From assembly GCA_028534125.1 (NCBI GenBank), contig CM052817.1, positions 75,890,001 to 75,954,000 of the forward strand: DNA of 64,000 nucleotides. The letters are read 5' to 3'. A model generated the notes under the pieces. The model was not told where the DNA came from. It saw nothing but the letters and a program-made list of their open reading frames with translations, and did not search any database. A program made the translations under genes and the position numbers. This stretch comes from Lama glama (Eukaryota). Positions 51,180 to 63,539 of this stretch are shown here, piece after piece (position 1 is the first letter of the stretch; each line of letters opens with the position of its first letter).

Positions 51180-54100
51180 CTTTATTTAAAATATAACTGA
51201 TTTATAATATCATGTTAGTTTCAGGTATACAGCAGAGTGATTCAGTAGTTTTAGGATTATGCTCCACTAAAAGTTATTACAATATGACAGCTATAATTTC
51301 CAGTGCTATACAGTATATCCTTGTATTTAATCTATTTTATACACAGTAGTTTGTATCTTTTTGATGCCATACCCCAATCTTGCCCCTTCCCCTTCTCTCT
51401 CCCCACTGGTAACCAATAGTTTGTTTTCTATATTTGCGAGTCTGTTTCTGTTTTGCTATACACATTCATTTGTTTTATTTTTTTAGATTCCATATCTAAG
51501 TGATATTATACAGTATTTGTCTTTCTCATTTCACTACACGTGATATTCTCTAGGTTCATCCGTGTCACTACAAATGGCAGAAATTGATACTTTTATATGG
51601 CTGAGTAAAATGCCTGTGTGTGTGTGTATACAATATTTTCTTAATCCATTTGTCTGTTGATGGGCATTGAGGTTGCTTCCACATCTTAGCTTTTGTAAAT
51701 ACGACTGCTGTGAACATTGAGGTACCTATATCTTTTTGAATTAGTGTTTTTGTTTTTTCTGGATATATTCCCGGAAGTGGAATTTCTAATCATATGGTAG
51801 TTCTTTTTTAATTTTTTTGAGGAACCTCCATACTGTTTTCCATAGTGGCTGCACCAATTTATATTCCCACCAACAGTGTACAAGGGATCCCTTTTCACAT
51901 CCTCATCAACAATTGTAATTTGTAGACTTTTTGTTGATAGCCATTCTGACAGGTGTGAGATGATAACTCATTGTCGTATTGATTTGCATTTCCCTAATGA
52001 TTAGGGATGTTGAGCAACTTTTTGTATGCCTGTTAGCCTGAAGACCTGTGTGTCTTCTTTGGAAATATGTCCATTCAGGTCTTCTGCCCTTTTTTTATTG
52101 TGTTGTGGGGTTTTTTAATTGATTTATATGAGCTGTTTGTATATTTTGGATATTAACCCTTTGTCAGTCACATTGTTTACAAATATTTTCTCCCATTCCC
52201 TAAGTTGTCTTTTAGCTTTGTCCATGGTTTCCTTTGCTGTGCAAAAGCTTTTAAGTTTAATTAGGTCCCTTTTGTTTATTTTTGCTTATATTTCTTTTGT
52301 CTTATGAGAGAGATACAAAAAATACTACTATGATTTATGTTAAAGCATGTTCTACCTATGTTCTCTTCTATGACTTTTATTGTTTCTGGCCTTACATTTA
52401 GGTGTAATCCATTTTGCATTTATTTTTGTATATGGTATGAGGAAAAGTTCTAATCTCATTCTTTTACATATAGCTGTCCAGTTTTCCCAGCATCATTTAT
52501 TGACAAGTCTGACTTTACTCTATGGTATATTTTGTCTCCTTAGTCATAGATTAATTGACCACAGGTGTGTCAGCTTATTTCTGGTCTCTCTATTCTGTTC
52601 CATTGATATATGTGTCTATTTTTGTGCCCATACATGCTGTTTTGATTACTGTAGGTTGATAGTGTAGTCTGAAATCTGAGAAGGTTGTACCTCCAGCTTT
52701 GTTCTTTTTTCTCAAGATTGCTTTGGCAATTCAGGGTCTTTTCTGGTACCATATGAATTTTAGTATTATTTGTTCTAGTTCTTTAAAAAATGCCATGGGT
52801 ATTTTGATAAGGATTGCATTAAATCTGTACATTACTTTCAGTAGTATGAGCATTTTAATAATATTGCTTCTTCCAATTCAAGAGCACAGTATACTGTTCC
52901 CTTTCTTTGTGTCAACTTCCGTTTTCTTTCATCAGTGTTTTATAATTTTCAAAGTATAGGTCCTTTACCTCCTTGGTTAAGTTTATTCCTAGGTATTTTA
53001 TTTTTTGATGTAATTTTAAATGGAATTTTCTTTTACTTTCTATTACTTCATTATTAATATATAGAAAAGCAACAGATTTCTGTGTATTAATCTTATATCC
53101 TGCAACTTTACTGAATTCATGTATTACTTCTAAGAATTTTTTGGTGGAGACTTTAGGGTTTTCTATATAAAATATTATTTAATCTGCAAATAGTGACAGT
53201 TTTATTTCTTCCCTTCCAATTTGGATATCTTTCTTTTTCATGGATGTTTTTACTAATTTTTATTGTCTGATTGTTCTGACTAGGATTCCAATACCACATT
53301 AAATAGAGGTGGCAAAGTGTGTAATCCTGTCTTGTTCCTGAATTTAGAGGAAAGGCTTTCAGCTTTTTACCATTAAGTATTATGTTCCCTGTAGGTTTAT
53401 TGTAAATGGACTTTATTATGTTGAGATATATTCCCTTTATATCCACTATGGTGAGAGTTTTTATCATGAATGGATGTTGAATTTTGTCAGATATTTTCTG
53501 CATCTATTGAGATGATCGTGTAGTTTTAGTTTTTCCTTTTTTAATGTGTGTATCACATTAATTTGTGAATATTGAACCATTGTTGGGTCCCTGGAATAAA
53601 TCTAACTTGATCATTTTATGTATCATTGGATTTGGTTTGCTAATATTGTGTTGAGGATTTTTGCATTTATATGCATAAAAGATACTGGCCTGTATTTTGC
53701 TTTTTATGTACTGCTTTTATGGTTTTGGTATCAGGGTAATGGTAGCCTTGTAGAATGAATTTGGGAATGTTATGTCCTCTTTAATTTGGGGGGGCATATT
53801 TTAAGAAGAATAGGCATTGGCTCTTTATATGTTGGTAGGATTCCAACATCCCATAGATTCTGGAAAGTTTGGTTTCCATTTTCATTTGTCTATAGCTATG
53901 TTCTGATTTCCTCTTTGATTTCATTATTGGCTATTTAGTAACATTGTTTAGTATCCACATATCTGTTCTTCTCCCATTTTTCTTCCTATAATTGATTTCT
54001 AATTTCATACCATGTGGTCAAGAAGAGTGCTTGATATAATTTCTACCCTCTTAAATTTGTTGTGACTTGTTTTGTGGCCTCACATATGACCTACCTTGGA

Positions 54101-55378
54101 TAGTGTTCCATGTGCACTTGAAAAGAATGTGTATTCCACTGGTTTTGCATGTAATGTCCTATAGATATCTTTTAAGTCCAACTACCAATTGTGTCTTTTA
54201 GGGCCACTGTTTTCTTATTGAATTTTTGCCTGGATGATGTGTCCGTTGATGTAAGTGGGGTGTTAAAGTTGCCTACTATTATTGTATTATTATCAATTTC
54301 TCCCTTTATGTCTGTTAGTATTTGCTTTTTATGTTTAGGTGCTCCTAATATTCAGTGCATATATTTGAACAAATTTTGTCTCCTCCTCTTATCATGATCT
54401 ATTTGTTGTTATAAAATGACCTTAATTTTCTTTTGTTATAGGCTTTGTTTTAAAAGTCTATTTTGTCTAATATGAGAATTTCTACACTTACATTTTTATT
54501 GTTTCGGTTTATATGAGATATCTTTTTTCCATTCCCTCAGTTTCAGTCTGTGTTTGTCTTCAGTTCTGAAGTGATTCCCTTGAAGTAGCATATAGAAAGC
54601 CTTGCTTTTTAAATTCATTCAGCCAGTCTATGTGTTTTGATTGGATCATTTAGTTCATTGGCAGTTAATTATTGATATCTATATACTTATTGCCATTTTA
54701 TAATGTGTTTTCCAGTTGTTTTTATAGTTTTCCTCTGTTCATTTCTTCTCTTTGTTTCTTCCCTTTTGGTTTGATGATTTTTTTTTAGTTGTATGCTTGA
54801 GTTGCTTTCTTTTTATTTTTTTTTATTTTTGTATCATTATAGGTTCTTGATTTGTGGTTACCATAGGTTTCATATACGAGAAGCTCTTTAGCTCTCCTTC
54901 AATTCTAAATGATAATCTTGTGGGGTAGGGTATCCTAGGTTGTAGGTTTTTCTTTTCAGCACTTTGAATATATCACACCACTCTCTGCTGGCCTGTAATG
55001 CTTCTGCAGACATATCAGTTCATAGCCTAATGAGGATTTCCCTTGTGTATAACTCTTTGTTTTTCTCTTGCTATCTTTAGAATTCCCTTTTTATCGTTAA
55101 CTTTTGCAATTTTACTTATATTTCTTGATGTGTTTTTTGGGGTTTATCTTCTTTGGGACTGTGTGATTCCTGTACCTGAATATCTGTTTCCTTTTTCAGG
55201 TTCATGAGATTTTAAGTCATGATTTCCTCAAATACATTTTTGATCCCTTCTCTCTCTCTTCTCCTTCTGGAATCCCTACAATGTGAACGTTGGTATGCTT
55301 AATGTTAGCAGAGATCTCTTAAACTGTTTTCATTTTTTAAATTTGCTTTTCTTTTTGTTGTTATAATTGGGTGATTTT
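51180..55378 (-). mobile_element. Decayed LINE-1, about 4.2 kb (3' UTR, ORF2 RT and EN, part of ORF1), with internal deletions
   Basis: Minus ORF 53153-53503 ([12 protein letters not shown]...[31 protein letters not shown]) is L1 RT. Near 55250-55310 the minus strand reads NIKHTNVHIVGIPEGEEREKG, which is L1 ORF1. Many stops and frameshifts. Confidence 0.93.
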
Positions 55379-55744
55379 AAATATATTTTATATGGTGAAT
55401 AGACTGTATGGAATGATATAGCTGTATTTGAAAGTTATTTGAAATAAGTGTAAAATGAATGGTTGGGATAATGTAAAAAGTAATTGTGTTTTGTATTTAT
55501 TTAAATAATCAGCTTTTGTGAGTAGTCAAGGTTAATTTACATAACTAAAAATATTTATGTTTCATAAAAAACAATATATACAATAGTGTTGAAAAACTTG
55601 TGTCTTAAGTATCTTTAATTTTAAATGAAAATACTCACTGTTCTCTCTTAAGTCCTTCAGATCTGCAACTTTCTATCCTTGGAAAGAAAGAAAAGATGCA
55701 AATATTTCTTCTGCATATGCCTGATCAACTTTCCTAATATTTAT

Positions 55745-56165
55745 GAACATGCTAGGCACCTGCCCAAATCACGAATGTTGCTTTGTGATTGCTTCTGCCT
55801 GGAATTCTCTCTCCAAATACAGGGACATTTATCCCTTACCTCTTTATGTTGATTTTCAAATAGAACTTTCACTTTCCCTGATCACCTCAAACTTAGAAAT
55901 ATAGAATTTCAACCTCTCTACCAGCCTTTAATACCGTCTACACTGCTTACCTTCTTTATTTTTCTTCATAGTAGCAACCATCCAATATATGATAAGTATA
56001 TTTTATTCTTTATATATTTGTTCACAGTCTATCTACCCTCTCTAGTATGTGATTCTTTTAGATTGCAGATTTTATTGACTGATTTGTTCACTGCTGTATC
56101 CCTAGAGTTTAGGACAATTGTATGCTGAATGGTAAATGCCTAGTGTATGCATATTTGTGGAAAAA
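55745..56165 (+). mobile_element. L2 3' portion
   Basis: TTGCTTCTGCCTGGAATTCTCTCTCC...TTTGTTCACTGCTGTATCCCTAGAG. Confidence 0.75.
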
Positions 56166-56521
56166 TGATATTGTTTTTATTTCTAGTACTCAAATTTATT
56201 GATTACAAAAGAGAATTAAAGCATTACTTTTACCTTTAGGTTTAAACATAGTGTCTTGAGATAAGAAATGTTAGCTTGTTTATTCATATTTCATAAGTAT
56301 TGTGTCATCTTTAGTCTACTAAATAAATTATTACAACATATGGACTAGGAAATGAAAGACTTATGGAGTTTATATTCCAGTGAATCAGTCTTTTGTTTCT
56401 TGAGGGATGTTTTGGAAACTAATATTGTTCTCCAAAATTATTAATAAATTTTCCAAAATAAATAATATCTTCCAAAGCACTTTCTATTCAAAATCCCTGT
56501 GGGGTTAAAAAAAACTATTCA

Positions 56522-56765
56522 GAGTAGTGGTTAAAAGCATAAACTGAAGCAGAAAGCCTCAGATTTAAACCCAGCTCTTCCATTTATTAGTTATGAAGCC
56601 TGGGAAGAGACCTTTAATCTCTCTGCCTCAGTTTCCACATCTCCAAAATAAGAATAATACAAATCACTACTTTATTACTGCTTCATATGGGTGCTATTGA
56701 GATTTAATACATCAATTTATGCAGTTCAAAGCCTATAGAACAACGTCTGGCAACAGTATGTACTC
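56522..56765 (+). mobile_element. MIR SINE
   Basis: GTAGTGGTTAAAAGCAT...TTTAAACCCAGCTCTTCCCATTTATTAG...TTTAATCTCTCTGCCTCAGTTTCCACATCT. Confidence 0.85.
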
Positions 56766-57354
56766 ACACACACACACATTAGGGCAGAGATTACTGTTGT
56801 TTTTTCTTTTAGGGATTTTGTTTTTTAAATGTCACCTCCCTGTATCTCTCCCTCCCTCAAATTTAAGCATTTGCTTCCTAGGCAAATGTGTTAATTGGAA
56901 TCATATATCAAAGGGCATATGAAGATAGAAGTGTGAAAAAGTAAATGGATGTACTCAAAAATGACTACAGGAAGCTGGATAATTAATTGAATCTCAATTT
57001 ATACATGAAAATGTTATAATACTTTTTAAAAAGAATATAGCATAAAATCACAAGCTATGAATATTTGAACCTTTGTTTTTCTTCTTTCATCTCCTTGGGA
57101 AATTGATTTACCTGTACTTAACAATAAAATGGAGACAATTATACCTGCATTAAATAATTTAAGTAAGGTTGCTGCAAGGATCACATACATTGCTACTAGT
57201 GAAAGGCAGTTAATGATGGTGGCAGCTGACATGATTTTCTCTCCAGAGCTTGTTATTGGTTTTCAAATATGAGGAGAGTCATGGATGATGGCACTTCTCA
57301 CTTCACCAGGAATGATTGTGATCTACAGTAAGGTTGGAACCTACATCATTAGCT

Positions 57355-57640
57355 GACAGCTCTATGTGGTTTATAAAAGACATATCTAAAATGGAAGGAC
57401 ACAGACATGAAGAGAGTCAAGAATGGAAAAAGTTATACCATGCAAATTCTATATTAAACAAAACAGTATTTCAGAGTGGTTGTAGCTATTTTACCATCTA
57501 ACAAAATACACTGTAAGGATACTGAAAACAAAGTGATACTGACTAAAATTGTAGTAATTTAATAACGACCATAATTATTTCAGAAGGAAAATATAACAGT
57601 TTTGATTTAGCTTGTACCTAAAACTGTAACTGCAAATTTT
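57355..57640 (+). mobile_element. Old L1 (L1ME-like) ORF2 endonuclease fragment
   Basis: CTATGTGGTTTATAAAAGACATATCTAAAA...GAATGGAAAAAGTTATACCATGCAAAT...GTAGCTATTTTACCATCTAACAAAATA follows the EN domain order (CCLQET...GWKKIYHAN...VAIL). Confidence 0.7.
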
Positions 57641-59131
57641 GTTTAAGTGCAGGTTCTGTCATTTCAAGCATGAGAAATAAGGTCTAACTCAAGTAGAAGA
57701 AAAATGTTGGAAAGCCACTGATTAACTCATAAGGCTGGCAGAAAAGTTAGAAAATTAGATAAACAGAAAGAAGGATGGTGATGCTAAACTTTAAATACTG
57801 TGAAGATTATAATGCAAAGAGCCATCAGGTTACAGTGTCACAGTGGACACAGCCAGAGCTGCTGTACACTACCACTACTGCTGGATGCATCTGCTGACAC
57901 CATCCTCAACAATTCTGAAAGATCTGCTTTGGGGAATGAATCTTATATCTTTCTCATCATCTGAAAATGGAGCCTAAGAATCCTAATCCTAGAGTCTTTT
58001 CTGGCTAGAAATAGATGGATGATAGACAGATACATACATAAATAAAATTTTACCTAAACAGATATTCAATGAGAAAATTCCCCAAATAGAAAAATATAAA
58101 AATAAAAATTTGCTTTTGCAAATAACAGAACCAAAACTTCCAGTACAACTATAGAACAAGGCTAAAATATACAATTTTTCATGGAAATTACTACTCTCAT
58201 GGATTTCAACTTCTCTTTCCATGCCTAACCCTGAATGAATTTCTGATATTGATTTATCAGTAGGAAAGTGGTAAAAATATCCTTAAATAATTCAAAGTGT
58301 AAAATCCAATCTCCAAAAGAAATAATAGACTGTGTCACATTTTCTTCCACTTTTTTTTGAAGCACTTTTGACATGGAGTTCTGTGATCCTTTGGCCTAAA
58401 GTAGTCACCAGACAGCAGCTGGCAATTTGACAGGACAAAAGACAAGCTGACAGGTACTCTTCAGACAGGCATAGACTGTCTTTCCAGTGCTAAGCTGAAC
58501 CTGACATTTAATTTAAAAGATATTTTAAGATAGATTTACACACACACACACGCATACACACACTCTTATTACAAAATCAGTGTTATCTTACCTGATCCAA
58601 AAAATCTCCAGATATCCAACAGGCAGAAATTTTGTAAGAAATATATTATGACTCTATATCCACGAATCCTGATAGGTTTAAAAATAATGTATTCTGACAA
58701 GTTTAGTATTGGCTTGTCTCATCACCACAGAAAATAATAATTAGTTAAAATAAAGAAGGAAATTGCTATGAGTACAGACTTCCTATTGGTATAATTATTT
58801 ACCAACTTGGATGAAAGTGTGTGTGAGTGTGTGCTTGTGCACGTGACTGTGCAAAAACACATAAATGTACAGGAATCATAAATATATTACAAAAGCATTA
58901 TATTATTTTTATCCTTAAGAAGGAAGACCTTAATTTGTTCATCAAGATTATTTAGAGAAATAGATATAGTACGGTATTTGATTTTACTTAATAGCAAGCA
59001 CACAAATAAATTCTTAATGAAACATTTAATAAGAGCAAATATAGAATCACTATGTTATCTGCTTAATCAAATACAGCACTGGCATAAATTAAAAGTGTCA
59101 CATTGATTAAAATAGCAATTTTCAGTATACT

Positions 59132-59322
59132 TTGGGCCCTCTGGCCCTCCAAATCAGCCATTCTGCATCTGGAGATTTAGCTAAGTGCAAATCTTGTCGC
59201 AGTCGGTTGAATCCATGAATGCGGAACCTGCGCATCCTCAGGATTTGGTATAGAGGCGTTGGCAGGATGGGGTTTGAGAGGGAGATGTAATAAATCCTTC
59301 ATGGATGCCAAAGAATTACTGT
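59132..59322. mobile_element. Tigger-derived MITE (MER2/MER8-like)
   Basis: GGTTGAATCCATGAATGCGGAACC, GCATCCTCAGGATTTGGTAT and AATCCTTCATGGATGCCAAAGAATTACTG resemble Tigger/MER2 terminal motifs. Confidence 0.65.
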
Positions 59323-59881
59323 CCTGTTTTTCAGTATACTGTTTTTTCAATATTACATTTTGTCAGGAAATTTAAAAAGAAAATTCCTTTAATTCCAAAT
59401 TAGTCTTATTTTCAGAAACCATGTTAAAATTACAGTTGTGGAAGGAGGAAAACAACCAAAGTCAATAGCTTAAACTTTTATTATATTTTTGCAGTGTAAG
59501 AACAGCTGGAAAAACTCTTCTGTAAGAGTAGGAAGCTTAAAAGCTTATAAGATAGATGGGAGAAAGTCACTAAAGTTTGGTGTGGTTTGGTTCTGAAAAT
59601 TTTTCACTGTTGAAATTCTTGAGTGGTATGGAGAGACTGAGGTTGTGTTCATCACAGGACTGGATGCAGCATAATTAAGACTAGGGCTGTAATTTAGCCC
59701 ATGATGAATAATAGACTGTTGTTGAATAAGTGAGTGAATAGCAGTTGTTAGCCAACTTGAGTTTAGCAAGGGATCAGAGAGGAAAAGTTAAGAGCTAAGA
59801 CTGGTAGTGTCACTAGAAGTTTTTCCATCTATAGCATCTTTCATCAAATGCAATTCTATTATTTTTTTCCTGTAATATTAA

Positions 59882-62615
59882 TTTCAGTAAAGTTTCAGGA
59901 TACAAAAGCAACATTCAAGAATAAGTTGCATTTCTATACACTAACAATGAACTATCCAAAGAAGAAATTAAGAAAATAAACATTTCCACAGTAGCATCAA
60001 AAAGAATAAAATGCTTAGGAATAAAATTAACCAAGGCAGTGAAAGGCTTGTGCACTGAAAACTAAAAGACATTAAGGAAAGAAATTAAAGAAGACACAAG
60101 TGAATGGAAAAATAGTGTGTGTTCATGGATTGAAGGAATTAATATTGTTAAAATATTCATACTATCCAAAGCGAGCTACAGATTTAATAAAATCCCCGGA
60201 AAAATTCCAATGGCATTTTTCACAAAGGTAGGAAGAACAATTCTAAAATTCATGTGGATCCACAAAAGACTCTAAACAGCCAAAGCAATCTTGTGAAGGA
60301 AGAGAAAAGCTGGAGGCATCACACTTCCTGATTTCTATTTGTGTTACAAATCTGTAGTAATCAAAACAGTTTGGTACTGCGGTAGACACATAGACCAGGA
60401 AAACTGAATGAAGAGCCCCCAGAGAAACCCGCACGTATACAGTTAACTGTTCTGTAACAAAGGTGCCAAGAGCACAAAGCAGGGAAAAGACAGCCTCTTC
60501 AATAAATGCTGCTGGGAAAGCTGCATATCCAAATGCAGAAGAATGAAATTGGACTCTCATCTTACACCATATACAAAAATCAACTTTAAATGAATTAAAG
60601 ACTGAAACCTAAGACAAAATCAAACAAAATTATATGTTGTTCTATAAAATCAAATGTAATAATTTACTGGAAAATATTTACAGAAAAATTACTTGTGTGA
60701 ACATTCTGTACTATAAATTATGAAAAAAAATGAAGGAACTTAACATTGATGATTAAGGTTTGATCTAGTAACTGAATATGATACAGATCAGCCTCAGTTT
60801 TCCGAAATGGAGCATGAGTATAAAATTATAAAACTGGAAGAAAAAATAAGCAAAAAGAAGTTTTTACATTGGTCTTGAAAATGAGTTTTTTTGATATGAC
60901 ACCAAAAGCACAGGCAACAAAACCAAAACTTAGCAAAGGAAATAATCAATAAAATTTCCTATGAAATGGGAAAAAAATATTTGCAAACCATATGTCTGAT
61001 AAGGGGTTAATATCAGTAATATATAAGGAACTCCTACAACTCCATAACAAAAAGATAACCACATTAAAAATGGAATGGATATTTCTTCAAAGAAGACATA
61101 CAAATTGCCAAGAGGTATATGAAAATGTGCTCACCATCACTAATCGTCAGAGAACTGCAAAACAAAACAATGATATTAATCCAGGCCTCGTAGAATGGCT
61201 ATTATTAAAAAGTCAGAAAGATTAGAAATGTTGGTGAGGCAGTGGAATATAAGGAACTCTGGTTCACTGTTGGTGGGAATATAAATTGGTGCAGCCGTTT
61301 TGGAACACAGTAAACTACTATGTGATCTAGTAATCCCACTTCTGGATACATACATCCAGAAACACTGTAATCAGAATCTTGAAGAGATACCTGCACTCTT
61401 ATGTTCACTGCAATGTTATTCACCATAGCGAAGATATGGAAACAAACTAAATGTCTATCAATAGATGAATAAATAAAGAAAATTTTGGTATATGTGTATG
61501 GCAGAATATCATTTAACCTTAAAAAAGGATGAAATCATGCAATTTGCAACATGAATGAACCCAGAGGACAGTGTAGTATTGGAAATAAGCCAGACACAGA
61601 AAGACAAATACTGCGTAATCTCACTTGTTTGTGGAATCTCAAATAGTCAAACTCATATAAGCAGAGAGTAGAATGATGGTTCCCAGGGGGCTCGGGTGAG
61701 GGAGAAATGAGGAGGTGATGGTCAAAGTGTACAAAGTTTCAGTTATGCAAGATAAATGTTCTCCAGATCTGCTATATAGCATAGTGCCTGTAGCTAACCA
61801 TACTTTATCATACGCCACAATTTACTAGGAGGCAATCTTATGTTAAGTATTTTACTACACACAAAAATATAATGATAATAAAAGAGGGGCAAGAGGAAAC
61901 TTTGTGAGGTGATGGGTATGTTTATGGCCATGATGGAGGTGGAAGGTAGCAGAATAAGCCACCCCAAAATATGACTGTAGGAGTTTAGCACATGCCAAGG
62001 CAAAATATTCTGCTTTAGTATATTGATTATTTTGAGCTGTACGCAATTGAAAAACACCAAGTGCCAGGAGAGGCTTTCTCTGAACTCTCTTCATCTGCCT
62101 AAAGACAGATACCTTGAAAGAGTTCAGTTATCAGAAATCTTTTCCCTGGGAGTTTCATCAACCAGAGAAAGATTGACATCACAAGAGGGAGACTGGAAGT
62201 GGGCACCGCAGCCAAACTTCATCACAAACCACCATACCTCCCCTCTATGCTTCTAAGGGCCCATTCACCTTTCCTAAAAATCTTTTACTCTCCCCTAAAT
62301 TGCCTCATCTTCTCTCTCCTTTCCTTATTGAAATGTTATTGAATTCTAAGCCACCTCTTTGAATTACTCATTTTCTCCTGGGTATCTCCCACAAATACAT
62401 GAGGTGTACATGTTAATAAACTGCTGTTTTCCTCTTGTTAATCTCGTTTATTACAGAGGTCTCAGCTAAGGACTCAAGAGGGTAAAGAGAAAATTATTTT
62501 TCATCCCTTGTGGTAGTGGTTTCATGATTGCATACTTTCCCCAAACTCAACATTCATATATACTAGATTTGTATAGCTTTTTCCATGTCAATTTTACTTT
62601 AATAAGTTTTTAAAT
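59882..62615 (+). mobile_element. L1MA10/L1MB-like LINE-1 (ORF2 3' part and 3' UTR), interrupted by a foreign segment and an LTR
   Basis: TTCAGTAAAGTTTCAGGATACAAAA..., AAAAGCTGGAGGCATCACACTTCCTGATTTC, ATGTCTGATAAGGGGTTAATATC, and the 3' UTR GAGGAAACTTTGTGAGGTGATGGGTATGTTTATGG...CCCCAAACTCA. Confidence 0.9.
61940..62509 (+). mobile_element. ERV1 solo LTR (MER34-like) nested in the L1 3' UTR
   Basis: CAGAATAAGCCACCCCAAAATATGACTGTAGGAG...GATTATTTTGAGCTG...TGTTAATAAACTGCTGTTTTCCTCTTGTTAATCT...AAAATTATTTTTCATCCC. The L1 3' UTR resumes at about 62510. Confidence 0.85.
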
Positions 62616-62982
62616 GTTCATACCATTGTAATGAGTTTTAAGAGCTTTCACTTATCTATGACTTTAAATACATTCCCCAACAGAGAAAAATTGCCTTTTG
62701 ACTTAGATATAACTTTTAAGTATTTGCATTAAGGAGTAAAAGAAAAAAATTAGAGAGGTATAAAACACTCATGCTTCATTTCTGAAAGCCAAGGCTGATC
62801 TGTATCATACTCATTTACGATTTCCTTACTCTCTCAGGAAACTGAGGGCAAAGATCAAATCTAAATCATCAATACAGTCCCCTTCAGGCTACTCATCCAT
62901 TATTTATAGCATAGTATTTTCACACAGGTAACTGTTCTGTAAGTATTTGCAAGTAAATTATGACATTTAAAGTCAAGAAGAG

Positions 62983-63213
62983 TAAAAGGGGATGGGAAGG
63001 GATAAACTGGGAGTTTGAGAGTTGCAGATACTAAGTACTATGTATAAAATAGGTAAACAACAAGTTTTCCTGTAGCACACAGGGGAATAGATTCCATATC
63101 TCATAGTAACCTATAATGAAAATGAATATATGTATTTCTATGTATGACCGAAACATTATGCTGTACACCAGAAATTGACACAACAGTGTAAATCAACTAT
63201 ACTTCAATAAAAA
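62983..63213 (+). mobile_element. 5'-truncated L1 3' end (cetartiodactyl/camelid-type)
   Basis: GGGAAGGGATAAACTGGGAGTTTGAGAGTTGCAGATAC...TATGCTGTACACCAGAAATTGACACAACAGTGTAAATCAACTATACTTCAATAAAA. Confidence 0.9.
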
Positions 63214-63539
63214 GATTTTTTTAAATGTTAGACTGGGTGAAAAAAAAAAGAAAGAAGTGTAAGAGAGTGAGATCTTGGGTAAAATGTCAAATTGGGTATA
63301 TAGCAAAACTAATGAAAAATAGCCACTCGTAGATTTGCTTGGATAGTCTATGGCATGGTAGTAATGAGAACAGATGGACACAGGTTTTTTTTCAGTGAAA
63401 AGAAGGCCAAGTAATTTTTCTTACTATGTAACACATAAACTCACATATCTGTATCTGTATGTTTAAAATGTGTATTTATTGTTTCTCATGTAGCAAAGTG
63501 ATTCTACATGTATTATTTTGACACTTGTAATAATCTTAG

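Noticed and set aside
53153..53503. Reverse-transcriptase-like ORF
   Set aside because: It is an L1 ORF2 RT fragment with frameshifts and stops, so neither an active element nor a novel RT system.
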